DNA of 64,000 bases from Paramecium tetraurelia (lineage: Eukaryota), in contig CT868496.1 in assembly GCA_000165425.1 (NCBI GenBank), forward strand, positions 310,001-374,000, read 5' to 3'. The notes beneath the pieces are model-generated. The model saw only the letters and a list, made by a program, of their open reading frames with translations, had not been told where the DNA came from and made no database searches. The translations under genes and the position numbers were made by a program. Shown here piece after piece: positions 14,280 through 27,518 of this stretch (its first letter is position 1; each line of letters opens with the position of its first letter).

Positions 14280-14780
14280 ATTGGCAAGGGGGTCCTATTG
14301 GAAAATAATTTTAACACTTAGCTTTTAATTTCTCCATTTTTATCACCACCATATTGTCTATAAATACTTAACACAATAAAGGATATGAGTTCTTATCAAG
14401 TGCAAAAATATTGCATTAACTATGAGTATATATTCAAAAATTAATTTTGCTTTGATTTATATATTTACATGTTTTATTCTTAGTAAGATCAAACTATTTA
14501 TTTAACACACTTCGTAATTTATATCTCATACCAAATGCTTCTCTATTGGTAATTCTCTTCTGGATCAGTATATTTTATTGGCAGGATTATATTTTCATAA
14601 CTCTTTGAAATGTTAGTTGACAAAAGATTGATTATTTCTATTGATGTATGGGATTAAGTAATTTGATAATCAATTGGTTTTTTGTATATCTTAAATTTAC
14701 ACAAAGAAATTGTTTAATACTTATATATTTTATAATTTTTGAGAACTGATACAGCTTAATTTTGAAGCAATGAATTTGAG
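14280..14780 (+). pseudogene. Possible highly decayed Ser/Thr kinase relic
   Basis: attggcaaggg(g)gtcctat(t)ggaaaa reads IGKGSYGK once two inserted bases are removed, and a later SIDVWD-like segment occurs near 14640. There is no open frame. Confidence 0.25.
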
Positions 14781-15113
14781 TAGAATGAGGGAGATATTTT
14801 AAATAGCTTAACAAAATTAGACAATTTTAGGAGAGTTTAAATAATTCTGTATGATTTTTGCATAAAGTCAGAAATATTCTAATTTTTCTATGTCTTTCTA
14901 ATCATATGAATTATAGAACGAAAACATTAAGATCTATGATAAATTTGGAAAAGTACTTGTAAACATTATAATAGAAACATAATGAGTAAAGTGTAGGATA
15001 AAACTATTCTTAAAACCATGAGGTTATTTTGAATATGAAGAGAGAAAAGAAGAAGATGTTACAATATAAAAATTAGAACTCTAATTGTAGTAATGAAAAA
15101 AGCAACTCCAAAA

Positions 15114-15607
15114 TCATAATTACAAATTATAGTTATCTTTATCAATTTAAAATTCTTTCCCATATTATTCTTCTGATCCAATTATTTATGAGACAATCGA
15201 TTTTCTTGAGTTATCTTATGCAACAAGTCTGGCCTTTTCAGCAATCACAATCATACGAGTGGCTATATTTCTTTTACGATTGATAGCTGCAAAAATTACA
15301 ATTAATGTTAATAATAGCCAAGAACCTAACAAAATGAAAATCCAAGCTAAGCATTAATCTTGGGTTCCACACTCAACGGTATCTCCATTGTAAATACAAC
15401 AATAATCACATTCCGCATAATCGCATGAGTCTAATGGAAATGTTAAAAATGTATACATTTTTCTGCACTGTAGTAACACTCACTCTCATATACAGCACAG
15501 AAGCCTTCCTCAGTGCAACACTTCAAATATTTACAATCGACAGCTGCCTTGTTGCTGAAACAGGTTTAACCTATGAGAGGCACAATGAAAATAAATAGCA
15601 ACAACAT
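15114..15607 (-). CDS. Small single-pass membrane protein with Cys-rich ectodomain
   Basis: Signal peptide MLLLFIFIVPLIG, Cys clusters (CKYLKCC, CDYAECDYCC), TM segment WIFILLGSWLLLTLIVIFAAI followed by basic NRKR. Confidence 0.65.
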
Positions 15608-16006
15608 TAAATTAAAAAAAATATAGTTCGTAATTAATCATTCGATATTTGAACATCCATCATTGCAACTTCAATTCTATGATTTGGATCTCACTCTTTT
15701 AAGAATTATTAATAGCTATTAGCAATTGTTACATTATTGTGTATCAGAACTATTATCTCATTTTGAATATCAAAATAGAGGCTAAAGAAAATGAAATAAT
15801 CCATATTGAAAGTGTGATGGCAATAAAAGAGTAGCAATATCGATAGGTTTCATAATCAAATCTCCATTATACCAATAGAGCATTGATCAAATGTTATATT
15901 CCTATATGATTATTTCCTGCATTGTGATATGAGTGTTCCTAGACACTCAGCTTGAGCATATATATAAAATGCAAAGCACAACTACATTTTCATAATAAAT
16001 TAATAA

Positions 16007-16342
16007 TCATAACATTTAATCCTTCTTCAAGCCTAACACATTTTGTCCATCTAATTTGTAGTAAAATTTCTTCTATTTCAGACTGTCAAAGGGATCAATG
16101 ATCTTTTAGACAAGTCTCAAGGAGTCGTAAGCTCTATCTAAACATTTGGCCAAACAAACTTTCTCTTGTCCTGCTAATTGAAAAGTAATTCAATTTTTCA
16201 TACAAATGGGAGTAGAGTAATCAGTAAAACATGTATCTAAACAAGACATGTAATAATTTTCCTATAAGGTTGTCTTGATATACTTTTCAAAGTCATCTTA
16301 GGGGAGTGATTTGGATTACCCTATGAAATTCGGTTTAAACAT
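16007..16342 (-). CDS. Small Tim (Tim8/9/10/13, twin CX3C) family mitochondrial protein
   Basis: CLDTC...CLAKC twin CX3C motif across a 30-nt intron (16174-16203), about 100 aa. Confidence 0.8.
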
Positions 16343-16421
16343 AAATAAAAATTTAATTTTAATGGCTATAGTAGATTAACTATAGGATCTTCTAAGTTAT
16401 ATATATATATAAGAGTAATCA

Positions 16422-18102
16422 TCAACATTTAAACATGTTATAAAATTCTTCTTCTGTTATATATAAACTATTCGAGGTGTTTAGAAGATGCCAAAGATTC
16501 GAGTGGTCCTTACCCATCAGATGACAGAAATCTGATTCCGATATCTTTCCGTCTTGATCATAATCAATCAATTAAAAACAAAATTTCTGGCATTTCTTTG
16601 TTTATAGTTTATCTCTGGCTACTGAAGCTGCTAGAAATTCTACAAATGAGAAGGATGACAATACCTTTGTAAGTGAGTGTATCATCTGACTATTTGTTAA
16701 GAGTGGAGTAGAGGTCATCGATTTTCTAAGAGGAATTGTTGATGTTGAGTTGATATAAGGACTTCTTGAATTCTTATTTCGAAATTTAGCCATCTTGATC
16801 GGCATCTAGATATAAGAAGGTTTAAATGGCTTAGCCATGGTCATCGCAATTTTGACAAAAGTAGGTGATGACTGAGAATATCAGTTCTTCGAATAGAGTT
16901 GTTGAATGATAATTTATTAATTTGAAAATGAGTTGTTGATTGAATTGACTTAAAAATCTATGTTTAATGAACCAATCTTCTTGTAATGCTTATTGAGCAG
17001 TGATTCTTTTATTGGGATTAACCTACAACATCTTGAGCAACAGACACTATAATTCAGGCGTAATAGATTTATCAAATTAGAGATTTCCACTTTTAATGGC
17101 ATTCTTCATTTCTGAATTAGTCTTCCCCATAAAGGGATATCTTTTATGAACCAAATAGAATAAGGTAACTCCACAAGCCCAAATGTCAATTTATTTGCCA
17201 TAGTCTTTACTGAAGATCTCAGGAGCCATAAAATACATCTTAAATAAATTAAGAATATTCTTACTGATCCTAATTGAGAACTGAGTTTCCTATTCTTTTT
17301 GATTTCAGTGGAGATGCCAAAATCAATGAGTTTGATGAGAGTGTTCCCGTTGTTATATTGATACAAAATGTTCTCTGGCTTGATGTCTCTGTGGACTACA
17401 TCTTGATTGTGAATGTAACTCAGAGCCAACAACAACTGATAACCTATGTTGGCTGCCTTTTCCTCAGTGAACTTATTATTATTCTATATATCTTCCTGTA
17501 GATCAGTTCCTTAGAGTAATCTACCTCATATAAATAACACTACTCAATTATCATGTTGTAACTCTAGTCATCTTGGAATACTTCGATTGCCTTCACAATA
17601 AATGGATGATCCAACTTCGACAAAATCTCCATCTCTCTCAAACACTTCTTACTCAACGAACTTTATTGTTTTTTGATTTGTTTCATGGCTCTCAATTAAC
17701 CTAAAAATTAAATGTCATGTATATACTAGTTTGCTTGTTTCTGACAATGAAGACTTCGCCGTAACTGCCAGAACCGAGGGATCTTTCTATCTAATAAGAA
17801 TCAGCGTAGTTCTGATATCTAAACTTAACAAAATCGTCAGATGTTATGTGAAATTTAGATATTACAACTGAATCATTAGGTGTAGGGGAATTCAAAGGCG
17901 ACTTGGGTATGACATCTGGAGATCTGGGAAGCATTGACTTGGTGGTAGTGAACTCCTTGTCAAAATCAGTAGGAGACAAGGATTCCTCCATTATTTCATC
18001 CTACAATTGTTAATCAATTATCGGTTTGAGAAAGTTCACACTTGTGCTCAATTGAGATGTGTATTCAACTGAACAGGAATGCGACTAACAAATTGATCCC
18101 AT
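16422..18102 (-). CDS. Calcium-dependent protein kinase (CDPK-like)
   Basis: MGSIC N-terminus, GSGSYGEV, HRDIKPEN, DFG and MAPE motifs, C-terminal EF-hands DADQDGQISKQEF and DYDQDGKISESDF. Confidence 0.9.
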
Positions 18103-18127
18103 TTATATAAATAATTATTAAATATAA

Positions 18128-19143
18128 TCAATTAAAAGAGAATGTGTGAGATTATTACTATTATTGTGGTTCATCATCTATATTGAGAAAGTGGTCGATG
18201 TAAGTGTTTCCCTTCTACAATTTATTGAATCTATTCTTCAACATTATTTCCTTCATTTACTACAAATATCATACTGTTCTCCCTTCAAAATGTTTGTTTA
18301 TCTAACACCACTTACTTCCATATCGCTGATACAAATTTAACAACTGCTTGTCCTCCTCCTCATTCCAACCCTGCTTATTCTTGATCCCAGGACGCAACTG
18401 ATTCATATAATGCTCTCTTATTTGTTTCCCATTCCTACCCTGCATTCCTCTCTTTAATCAACATTTCATACTTGCTGCAATCAAAGCCCAATTATTAAAC
18501 TACGGATTCTCCTTTGTAAATGACAATATTATTTGGTTTTCCTCCTCTGTCCACTTCTTCTTCTTCTCCTGACCACCACTCAAACGCTACCAGTGTTATT
18601 TACATTATGAAACTGTCCTCCCTTCCAAAAATCTAACTATAATCTCCCAATCTCCTTTGTAAATTTGAAACAAATCTTCCAAACGCCTATTCTCTTCCTC
18701 ACTCCACTTCTTAATCTTTCTCTTCTACAACCACACTATTAATCATTCAAATCTTACAGGTTCTTCCTTGCCCCTATTCCTCTTCCTAATCGATTTCTGT
18801 AGAGTCCCAGAATTACACGTTCTAGATTGCCTGCAAATTATAATGTCAAATTCCCTTACGTTCCTTGAAACTAAGATTCATCCTCTGACTCATCTGACAC
18901 CTCCTCCTCCCTCATACAAAGAGTCGATGATATCTTCTGCATCTCACTCTAATTCTCTTCAACCAATTCCCTCTCCTTCTCCTTATCTACACTATCAAAC
19001 GCTTTAAATAACTCATACTTTCCCAATTCGCCCTCATATCTCATCACATCATTATACGCCAAATCTTCGAAATCAATGAAATCATCTACTTCCTCAAATC
19101 TGTACTCCTCATTCTGAAAATCATTCGATTCAGAGAAGCTCAT
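18128..19143 (-). CDS. Multi-repeat Myb transcription factor
   Basis: Trp-spaced Myb repeats KWTEEED...GRNGKQIRERYMNQLRP and GWNEEEDKQLLNLYQRYGSKW...NNVKNRF, plus an acidic N-terminus. Confidence 0.88.
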
Positions 19144-19430
19144 TTGAAATTTTATATATAAGTATTTATGATAATCAACATAAATTATTTTTAATATAAT
19201 TCTCAACTGATTTCTACCACCAACAGTCCTTCCTCATTCCTTACTTTATCCATCTCTTTCCATCCTCCATAACCCAATATTGTTCGAAATAGGTAGTTAA
19301 TCCATTATTTACTAATTAGATATTATTGATCTAAAATTGAAATGAATTGTTCAAAAAAGAGATAAAATATAACACTAAATAGCCAGATAATGACTATTAC
19401 TAAATTAATTTAGAAAAAGTGTTAATAACA

Positions 19431-20717
19431 TCATAAATAATGTTGTCATCTTCTTCTTTTACAATGGCAATTACCATAAACACCTCCACAGACATAACAA
19501 AATTAAAATTAACACCTACAAGTCATGTGATCACAACCTTCATTCTTTTCCACCCAAAACTTACACTAAGGACATTGCTTATATTTAGCGCCTTTAACAA
19601 ACTAAAAGAATTGATCATCTAAGACTTTCTCATTTTTTGCCCTCTATTCTTTTTAGATTTTTTCCTTGTAAGCCTGACAAGTAAATCCATGATGATATTC
19701 TATCTTACATTGTAGACAGTACTTTTTCTTACAAGAAGGACAATTGAATTAGGCATCTGCTGCTACAAATACATATTTGCAATCAGGAGTGGGACACCAT
19801 GAATACTTAATAATGAGATTATGGATTACTTCATCGCCATGACTTTCAACGTATTACTTGAAAGTATATTATTGAAATTCAAATAGATTTTGGTCATCCA
19901 GTACTTCTGTTAAATCAGAATAGATCATACTCTTCTTACACTCAATAGCAGGACAGCAGACCGGAAACTGGCGTGCTTAAATTTGAGTCACACAGTATTG
20001 ATTTAAGCACTTCTGATGATAGATGTGAGAGCATTGTAGAGTTGCCATTTCGATCAAGGGGATAACTTCCAAACAAATCTTGCATTCAATTTAATTATTT
20101 AATTCATCTTCTTATTATTTCTTCTTCTTTCTTATTACCTCTTCCCTCTCCATAGTAGCACTCAACTCCTTTTAGTATTCTGAATCTAGTCTGAAGGATA
20201 CATGAAACATATATACTATAACTAGATTAGTTTAGCAACTTGGAGATTCTTTTCTTCTTCATCTTCTAATAGCAAACTATTCTATTAATTTGAATTCTAT
20301 TATATTTAATTGATTTAAATGATTTCCCTTTTCATTGGTTAAAATTGATTGTCATCTGATTGCTGGATTCTAAATAGCCAAATTGACTTACTTAAGTGTG
20401 TTCTATTCGATTCGATTGCACAATTAAAGAAGCTAAAATAATAGAAATGAATTAAACATCTTGATTGCCATTCAAAACCCGATTATATAGATTTGTAATT
20501 TGTTCTTTTGTATACACTTGCATATCTATTAATTGCCTTAAGTTTTTGATCAACTCTAAGTTCTATCCAAAATTCTGTTTTGGATTCCTTCCTTGTTGAA
20601 ATGCTAAGAGATATGTGTCAGCGATCATTTCATCAGCCTAGGTTGTTTAGAATCAAATACATTTTTGCTTTTTAATTTGTACTTAATTTCGTTGATTATC
20701 GATTCAATTTCGATCAT
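19431..20717 (-). CDS. RBR (RING1-IBR-RING2) E3 ubiquitin ligase
   Basis: RING1 CKICLE...CSHIYHQKC...CCPAIEC, IBR WCPTPDC...CPSCKKKYCLQCKIEYH, RING2 CPQCKFWVEKNEGCDHMTCRC. Confidence 0.92.
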
Positions 20718-20876
20718 AAAAATAATATTAAGTTAGATTGCTTTAAATAATTAGAATTTTGTATTAAGTGAGTACTGAATGATTCTACTACTGCATTAAA
20801 TTAATTATTTGGATGACTCTAGACAAGTACATAAACAAGTAGATAAAGGAATAAGAATATTTAATTAATAAAATTA

Positions 20877-21427
20877 ATGAGCAATTTCATACCTGAGACT
20901 AAGACTTTCGGCAAATTCGACCCGCTCTTTACTAATAAGTACGATAAGGTGGGACCAGAATTCGGACAAATTCAATAATGTATAATGTATGAGTGCTATA
21001 GATAATAAAAGTGAAGAGTGATTTCTTGGCTGCTAATGTTGGAAAGTTAGAAGTACAACCAGAGATACCTCAAAATATAGAGGGATTGGTATTGAGGAGT
21101 GCTAGGACATGTAAGAGTGTTGATTGATAAGCAAAGAGAGAACTCCAGCGACAATGGCTTGGTTTAGAAGGACAACCTCATTCGAGAGAAATGGAATATT
21201 CAACATTCACACTCCAGTCATGAATACTAGAATATTGCCATGGGTTTTCTTCATTTTCATTGCTTATGGTTGGTAAGGATACTAGATTTCTTCATGGAAT
21301 ACTGTAGTCAAGAAGGATTCAAATGAGCCGTAAGAAATCTGAATTATCGAATAGTCGTAACACTCCTTATGATAAATTATCGTTGAGAGAATTACCACCT
21401 GCTAAGAATTGGGCTAGACCCGGATGA
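20877..21427 (+). CDS. Probable ciliate mitochondrial ATP synthase membrane subunit (subunit k-like)
   Basis: Single-TM protein with WFRRTTSFERNGIFNIHTPV...YDKLSLRELPPAKNWARPG*, which resembles my recollection of Tetrahymena subunit k. Three small introns are inferred. The identity is from memory only. Confidence 0.5.
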
Positions 21428-21563
21428 GTAGATTGCATGAATAATATATATATAAAATAAAACAAAACAGTAATTTCCCAAATTCTAGTCAATCTAGAGG
21501 AACTCTGCTGTGCGTATTAAGAGGTTCAAGTAAATAGAATTAATTTCATTAATAATAATTTAA

Positions 21564-24500
21564 ATGCTTTGGGTGATATTTATGATCCCGTTTGTTTTAG
21601 GATGCAATTTTCAGTGCTCTACTTGTGATCCATACGACAATGAGAAATGTTTGAGTTGTCCTCCAACTCGAATGTTAGTTGATGATAAATGCATTTGTCA
21701 AGAGCATTACCAAGAACTACAAAGTAATTTGAAAAGCAAAGGTTGCTTTAAGTGCAATCAGAATTGCATCACATGTAGCTATGAGAATCCAAATAAATGC
21801 ACAAGCTGTGGTGAGGCATCATATAATAGAATATTATTGTATAATAGATGCGAATGTGTATAGGGATATTATGAAACCCAGTCTCAATACAATTGTATTC
21901 AAATTCTTGATACCAAAATATTTGATTTCAAATAGAAGATATCTAAAGATGGTAATCCTTAAAAGAGTTAATTGTAGCAACTGAAATCAAGTGATAGTTC
22001 ATTAAGTACTCTTTTAATAGAAACCATAAATGCTTCTTTTATTTATGATCCAGCTAAAAAAGACACGCAAACAAAAATATCAATTTCTTAATTGATCAAG
22101 GGTGAATCTTAAATAATATCAGGCAAAGGAACCTTGGATGGGGAATATTTTTCATATGTTCATCAGAACCTGTTTGTTTTGGCTGTGAAATAATACTCCT
22201 ACCCTCAAGGATTGAAATGGGATGTTGATTTTGATTAATTTACATCCTAATCATTTCAAAGAGTAGTCAATGGAAAACAGTATTAGTTTATTATCTTCCA
22301 ACAAGTTAAGGACAACGACAAATTACATGTTTATATAGTGTTCACAGATGGTCTGGCAATCGTTAAGAATAGAAGAATCTTGGAATCAAACAGGTTTTTA
22401 TCAGAACATATCCTATACATGTAATATTTCAGTCTGATAGTTTATAAATCAGATTCAATATTAGGCAATCCTGATTTGAATAAAATAATCAATAATTACC
22501 TTGCTTTGTTGGAGGTTTGTTCAGATTGTGAAGATTGCGAATTCGACAATGATGGGAATGGGAAGTGTAAAAAATGCATGAACGATTTCTCATACAATGA
22601 ATAGCTGAAAAAATGCGAATGCTTATACACTCTAGATGCGAGTGGGAAATGCTTTAAAAAGTGCAAGAATTCCAATTGTATAGGTTGCGTTGATAATGTC
22701 TGCATCAAATGTTCAGATATATCATAGAACTCCTGTGTAGAATGTGATCATGGCTATTATTCTGATGGTGAATTTTGTAACAAATGTGATGCAAAGTGCA
22801 AAACCTGTTCGTCTGCTAATGATTGTATTGATTGTGCAAACACCTATTACATGGACAATTCGATATGTGTTGAGTGCCAATCTCCTTGTAAGGATTGTTT
22901 ATCACTCTCGCTATGCAATTCTTGTGTTAGTGGATATTATCATTCCGATAACAGGTGTGATTTATGTTCTTTAGCTATGAGCAAGTGTATGTAGTGTGAC
23001 AATTAAACGAAATGCAGCAAATGTGAAGTAGGCTATTACCTAGATACATCTTCATTTCAGTGTTTAGAATGTGCATAGAAATGTAAGAAATGCACATCTT
23101 TTTCTTATTGCACTCAGTGCTAGGATGGTAATTATTTAGAGGAAACTATAATTGGTGTTTAGGCAAATTGCAATAATTATTGCCCTTAGAATTGCACAAA
23201 ATGCAAAAATTCAAGCTAATGTACATCTTGTGTGGCAGGATATTTTGAAAAGAATTACACATGTTAGAAATGCGATTCAAGTTGCAAAACCTGTTATGAT
23301 AAACCAAATGAATGTTATTCTTGTTAATCTGGAAAAGTGTTGATTGACAAGTCTTGTATAGTGTGCAAATCTCCCTGTTTAACTTGTGATATCACAGATG
23401 AGACATGCACGAGTTGTGTCGATGATACCAATTATTTGGATGCGTATAATAAGTGTAATAAATGTGCAACACCATGTAAGACATGCACATCCAAAGAACA
23501 CTGTTTGAGTTGCCTAGATGGATATGAATACGATGCACTTAACAAGAGATGCATGTTTATGGATCCTACAACAGTGAATTCCACAACATGTATAAGTGGA
23601 TATGCAAAAACTATGACTTCGTGTTTAGCATGTCCTCAAGAATGCGAGTAGAATTGTACAATTGTAAGTGGAACACCAGTATGCAATCAATGTAGTGTTG
23701 GTTACTATATTTCGAGTTCATCAGTTTGTTAGACATGTCAGTCCCCTTGTTTTACTTGTTATGATTCAACTTAGTGTAAGGAGTGTTTGCCATATTATTA
23801 TTTGAATGCCAACAAATGTTATACATGCAAACAAGTGAATTGCATCTAATGCACTGACAATAATTGTCTTGCTTGTGATAAAGGTTATTAATTAGTAAAT
23901 AATTCGTGCATATCTTGTTCATCATCTTCAGTAACATGTTGTCAGAAGGGAGAGTATGGTTAAAATTGTAATCAATGCAATATTGCATGTACTGATTGTT
24001 TTGGACCCAATGATAATCAGTGTTTTGAATGCTAAAAGGGTTATTATTTCAATGATTAAACTAAATAATGTAAGAAATGTAAAAACCCCTCTTGTTTAGA
24101 ATGCTCAGATTATAGTACTTGTTTAACATGTGCAGATACTTCATATCTTAGTGGGCATTAATGTGTGAATTGTACATATCCATGCAAATCTTGTACTTCA
24201 ACTTCATGTTCCTCTTGTGTTGATGGGTATTACATGGATTTGAATAATTCATGCTAAATTTGTTCTGCTGATTGTAACACCTGCAACAACAGTAATTCCT
24301 ATTGTACTTCTTGTAAAATGGGCTATTACTTATAGAATAATGCATGTTATCAATGTGATGCGAATTGTATTGAATGTAATTCACTCAATGAATGTACCAA
24401 ATGCAAATCTCAATACACGTCAACTATTGATAAGAAATGTTAATTGAATATTTGTAGCCATTCCCTTTGCTCACTTTGTTATTCTTAGGATACTTGTGCT

Positions 24501-26978
24501 AGTTGTGCAATTACTTCATATGTGTCGAATAATACTTGTTAATTATGTGATGATAATTGCAAATCTTGTGATAACAATGCAAATACTTGTACATCCTGTG
24601 AGAATGGGATGTATTTGGATGCATCCACCCAAACTTGCAAATAATGTGCTTTGCAATGTTTGACCTGTTAAATATCAAGCACTAATTGCCTTTCCTGCCA
24701 AAATCAATATTTTAAAATAAATAATGATTGCTAGAAATGCAGTATTCTTTGTAAGACATGTGAGAATACACCTAATAACTGCACAAGTTGTACAAGTGAC
24801 AAATACCTTTCTGGTTCAGAGTGTCTTTCCTGCTCTCTCGTAAAGGTTGGATGTAAAAGTTGCACCAATTCTAACCTTTGTACAAGTTGTGTCGAAGGAT
24901 ATTATTTTGCTAATAACACATGTACAAATTGCTCACCAGAATGCTCAGCTTGTTCATCTGCAACAATCTGCACATCATGTTCAGCAAATGCTTATAAGTA
25001 TAATGACACAACTTGTAAAGTCTGTCCAGGTGGTTGTACCTCCTGCACGTATGATGGCACTAAAATTAGTTGTTAATCATGTGTTTAAAGGTACTTTAAG
25101 TACTAAGATCAATGTCTTCCATGCAAACCACAATGTCTTAGTTGTGAAGGTGATGAAAATAACTGCACAATCTGTTAAAGCAATGATGGCATCAATACCA
25201 ATCAACCATGCTAAATATGCGAGGCTCTCAATTGTAAGGAATGCTCGAAATCAAATAATAAAACCTGTGACAAATGCATGCCTGATTACGAGAACATCTC
25301 TAATCAGTGTGTACTATGCACCGATAATTGTAGATGTAATAATGGGTATTATTATGATTGGGATCTACGTAAATGCATGATATGTGATTCTTCTTGCAAT
25401 AACTGTAAGTATAGTCCTACTAAATGTACAGGATGCACTTCATAATAGTATTTAACAGATAACAAGTGTCTCAATTGCTCAAGCCCTTGTCAATCTTGTA
25501 CAAGTCAAACATCATGTACAAGTTGCATTACTGGATTTTACTTAAACAATCATCAATGTCAATCTTGTTCACCTCCTTGCACTTTGTGTAATAATAACTA
25601 TTGCAGATCATGTTAGGATGGCTACTTCTTGGATTCCTCTTCTCAGTGTTAATCTTGTAGGAGTCCTTGTGGTACTTGCTCTTCTCTCACAAACTGTTAT
25701 TCGTGTATTTCATCTCGCTATTTCTTAAAAGAGAATCAATGTTAAAATTGCGATCCACTCTGTAAGGAATGTGATGAGATTGGATGTACCAAATGCAATG
25801 CAGGATATTATCTCAAAGATAGCACTTGTATAAGATGCTCTGATAATTGTTTGGAATGCAATGAAGAAAAGTGTATTAAATGCATTACACCCTATGTACC
25901 TGAACAGAACATTTGTGTTACTTGCTAGCCTAATTGTAAATTTTGTAACAGTGAAATGTGTCTGGGCTGTCAAGAGGCTTACTATTTAAAAGATGGAGAG
26001 TGTCATCCATGCCAATAAAACTGTACTTCGTGTACAGTAAACTAATGTACTAAATGCAATCCGAAATTCTACATTTAAAATTCGGCATGCATCCCTTGCA
26101 AATCAAATTGTTAATATTGTGATTCGTAAACCTGTCAATAATGTGATGATGGGTATTATCCTTTGTATCAAGAATGTCGTAAATGTGAAGACAATTGTGT
26201 ATTATGCACTTCAGACTTTTGTTTAACTTGTAAAGATGGTTATTATTCTGGGGGGAAATCATGTAATAAATGTCAAACACCTTGTCTCAATTGTGCTGCA
26301 GTTGACTATTGTTCCACTTGCATTTAATAATATTACTTAAGTTCTGATAATAAATGTATGACTTGTCAAGAAGGATGTCAACAATGTACTAATGATTAAA
26401 ATTGTACACTCTGTGTATAAGGTTATTACCTAGAAGTTACTCCCATAAATAAGTGTACAAAATGTAATGTACTTAATTGCACCAGTTGTCAACATTAAGA
26501 TTAATGCAATTCCTGCATAGACAGTTACTTTTTAAAGGATAATCTATGTGAACCCTGTTCATCTGGATGTCTTAAATGCATTATTTCTAGCAATCCTGAA
26601 ATTGAACCATCCACTTGTTTAGAATGTGATTAAAATATTGCTAATTATGATCGATTGGAAAATGGCAGATGTATTCTATATAGCATTTGCAATGAAATAC
26701 AAATGTTCTAAAATGAATAAGGTGTGTGCGAAAAATGCATAGATAATTGTTTAAACTGCTCGTCTAATGATTCCTGCAATTTGTGTTCTTTATCCTATTC
26801 GTATAATCCAGATTCATAGACTTGTGATTAAAATCCTCCTGAGAAGCCGAATTCACCCACAATTCCAATTGCTATCGCAGTTTCAATTACATCCATATTA
26901 ACTATAAGTATTGGAGCTTACTTTTGGAGATAAAATAAATTGAATCCCTCGAATCCAATAATTGGATATCTAGATTGA
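21564..26978 (+). CDS. Large furin-like (CxxC-repeat) cysteine-rich type I membrane protein, 1804 aa
   Basis: The 5415-nt span is an exact multiple of 3 and appears intronless in code 6. Signal peptide, dozens of CxxCxxxCxxC-GYY repeats, C-terminal TM IAIAVSITSILTISIGAYFW. Confidence 0.92.
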
Positions 26979-27014
26979 TCAGAATGAAACTCATATTTTA
27001 ATTATTTATATATA

Positions 27015-27518
27015 TCACTATTTCTTTTTCTCTTTTTCTATCATGTAATGTTTCACGAAGGCTTTTATTAATTTCTCATATTGTTCTTTGTTCTCCTCAA
27101 ATGTTTTTGCCAAACCCCTCATAGTTGGAGATTTCGGATTAGGATTGTACAAAAACCCTTCCATTCCCTTCAATATTTCTACGCATGAAGTAGCTGGCGT
27201 GTAGCCTATTTTATTGTTCAGGATATCGATGCATGTTGCTCCATTTTCAAATACATTCATATGTTAAAACTATCCTCCATACAATTACCAATAATATTAA
27301 GGTGGATCACTTGGATATGATTTAGAAAAATTTAAAAATCCTGGGAATTCACCTCCTTCCCAAATTGTACCTTCCTTGCCATAGATAGTGACTATCCATT
27401 TTCTATAATTTATTGAATTGTTTTGTTTATCCACTTCAACTGAAATATTTTCCAAAACTCCATCATCAATGGCATTTAGAACAGCATTGAACTCCTTTTC
27501 CAATCTATTATCAATCAT
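27015..27518 (-). CDS. Ubiquitin/SUMO-conjugating enzyme E2 (UBC9-like, divergent)
   Basis: WIVTIYGKEGTIWEGGEF...YPSDPP...HMNVFENGATCIDIL with catalytic Cys, 167 aa, intronless in code 6. Confidence 0.88.

Noticed and set aside
22496..26280. Antisense and alternate-frame ORFs over the Cys-rich gene
   Set aside because: Shadows of the single 1804-aa code-6 frame, with no recognisable motifs
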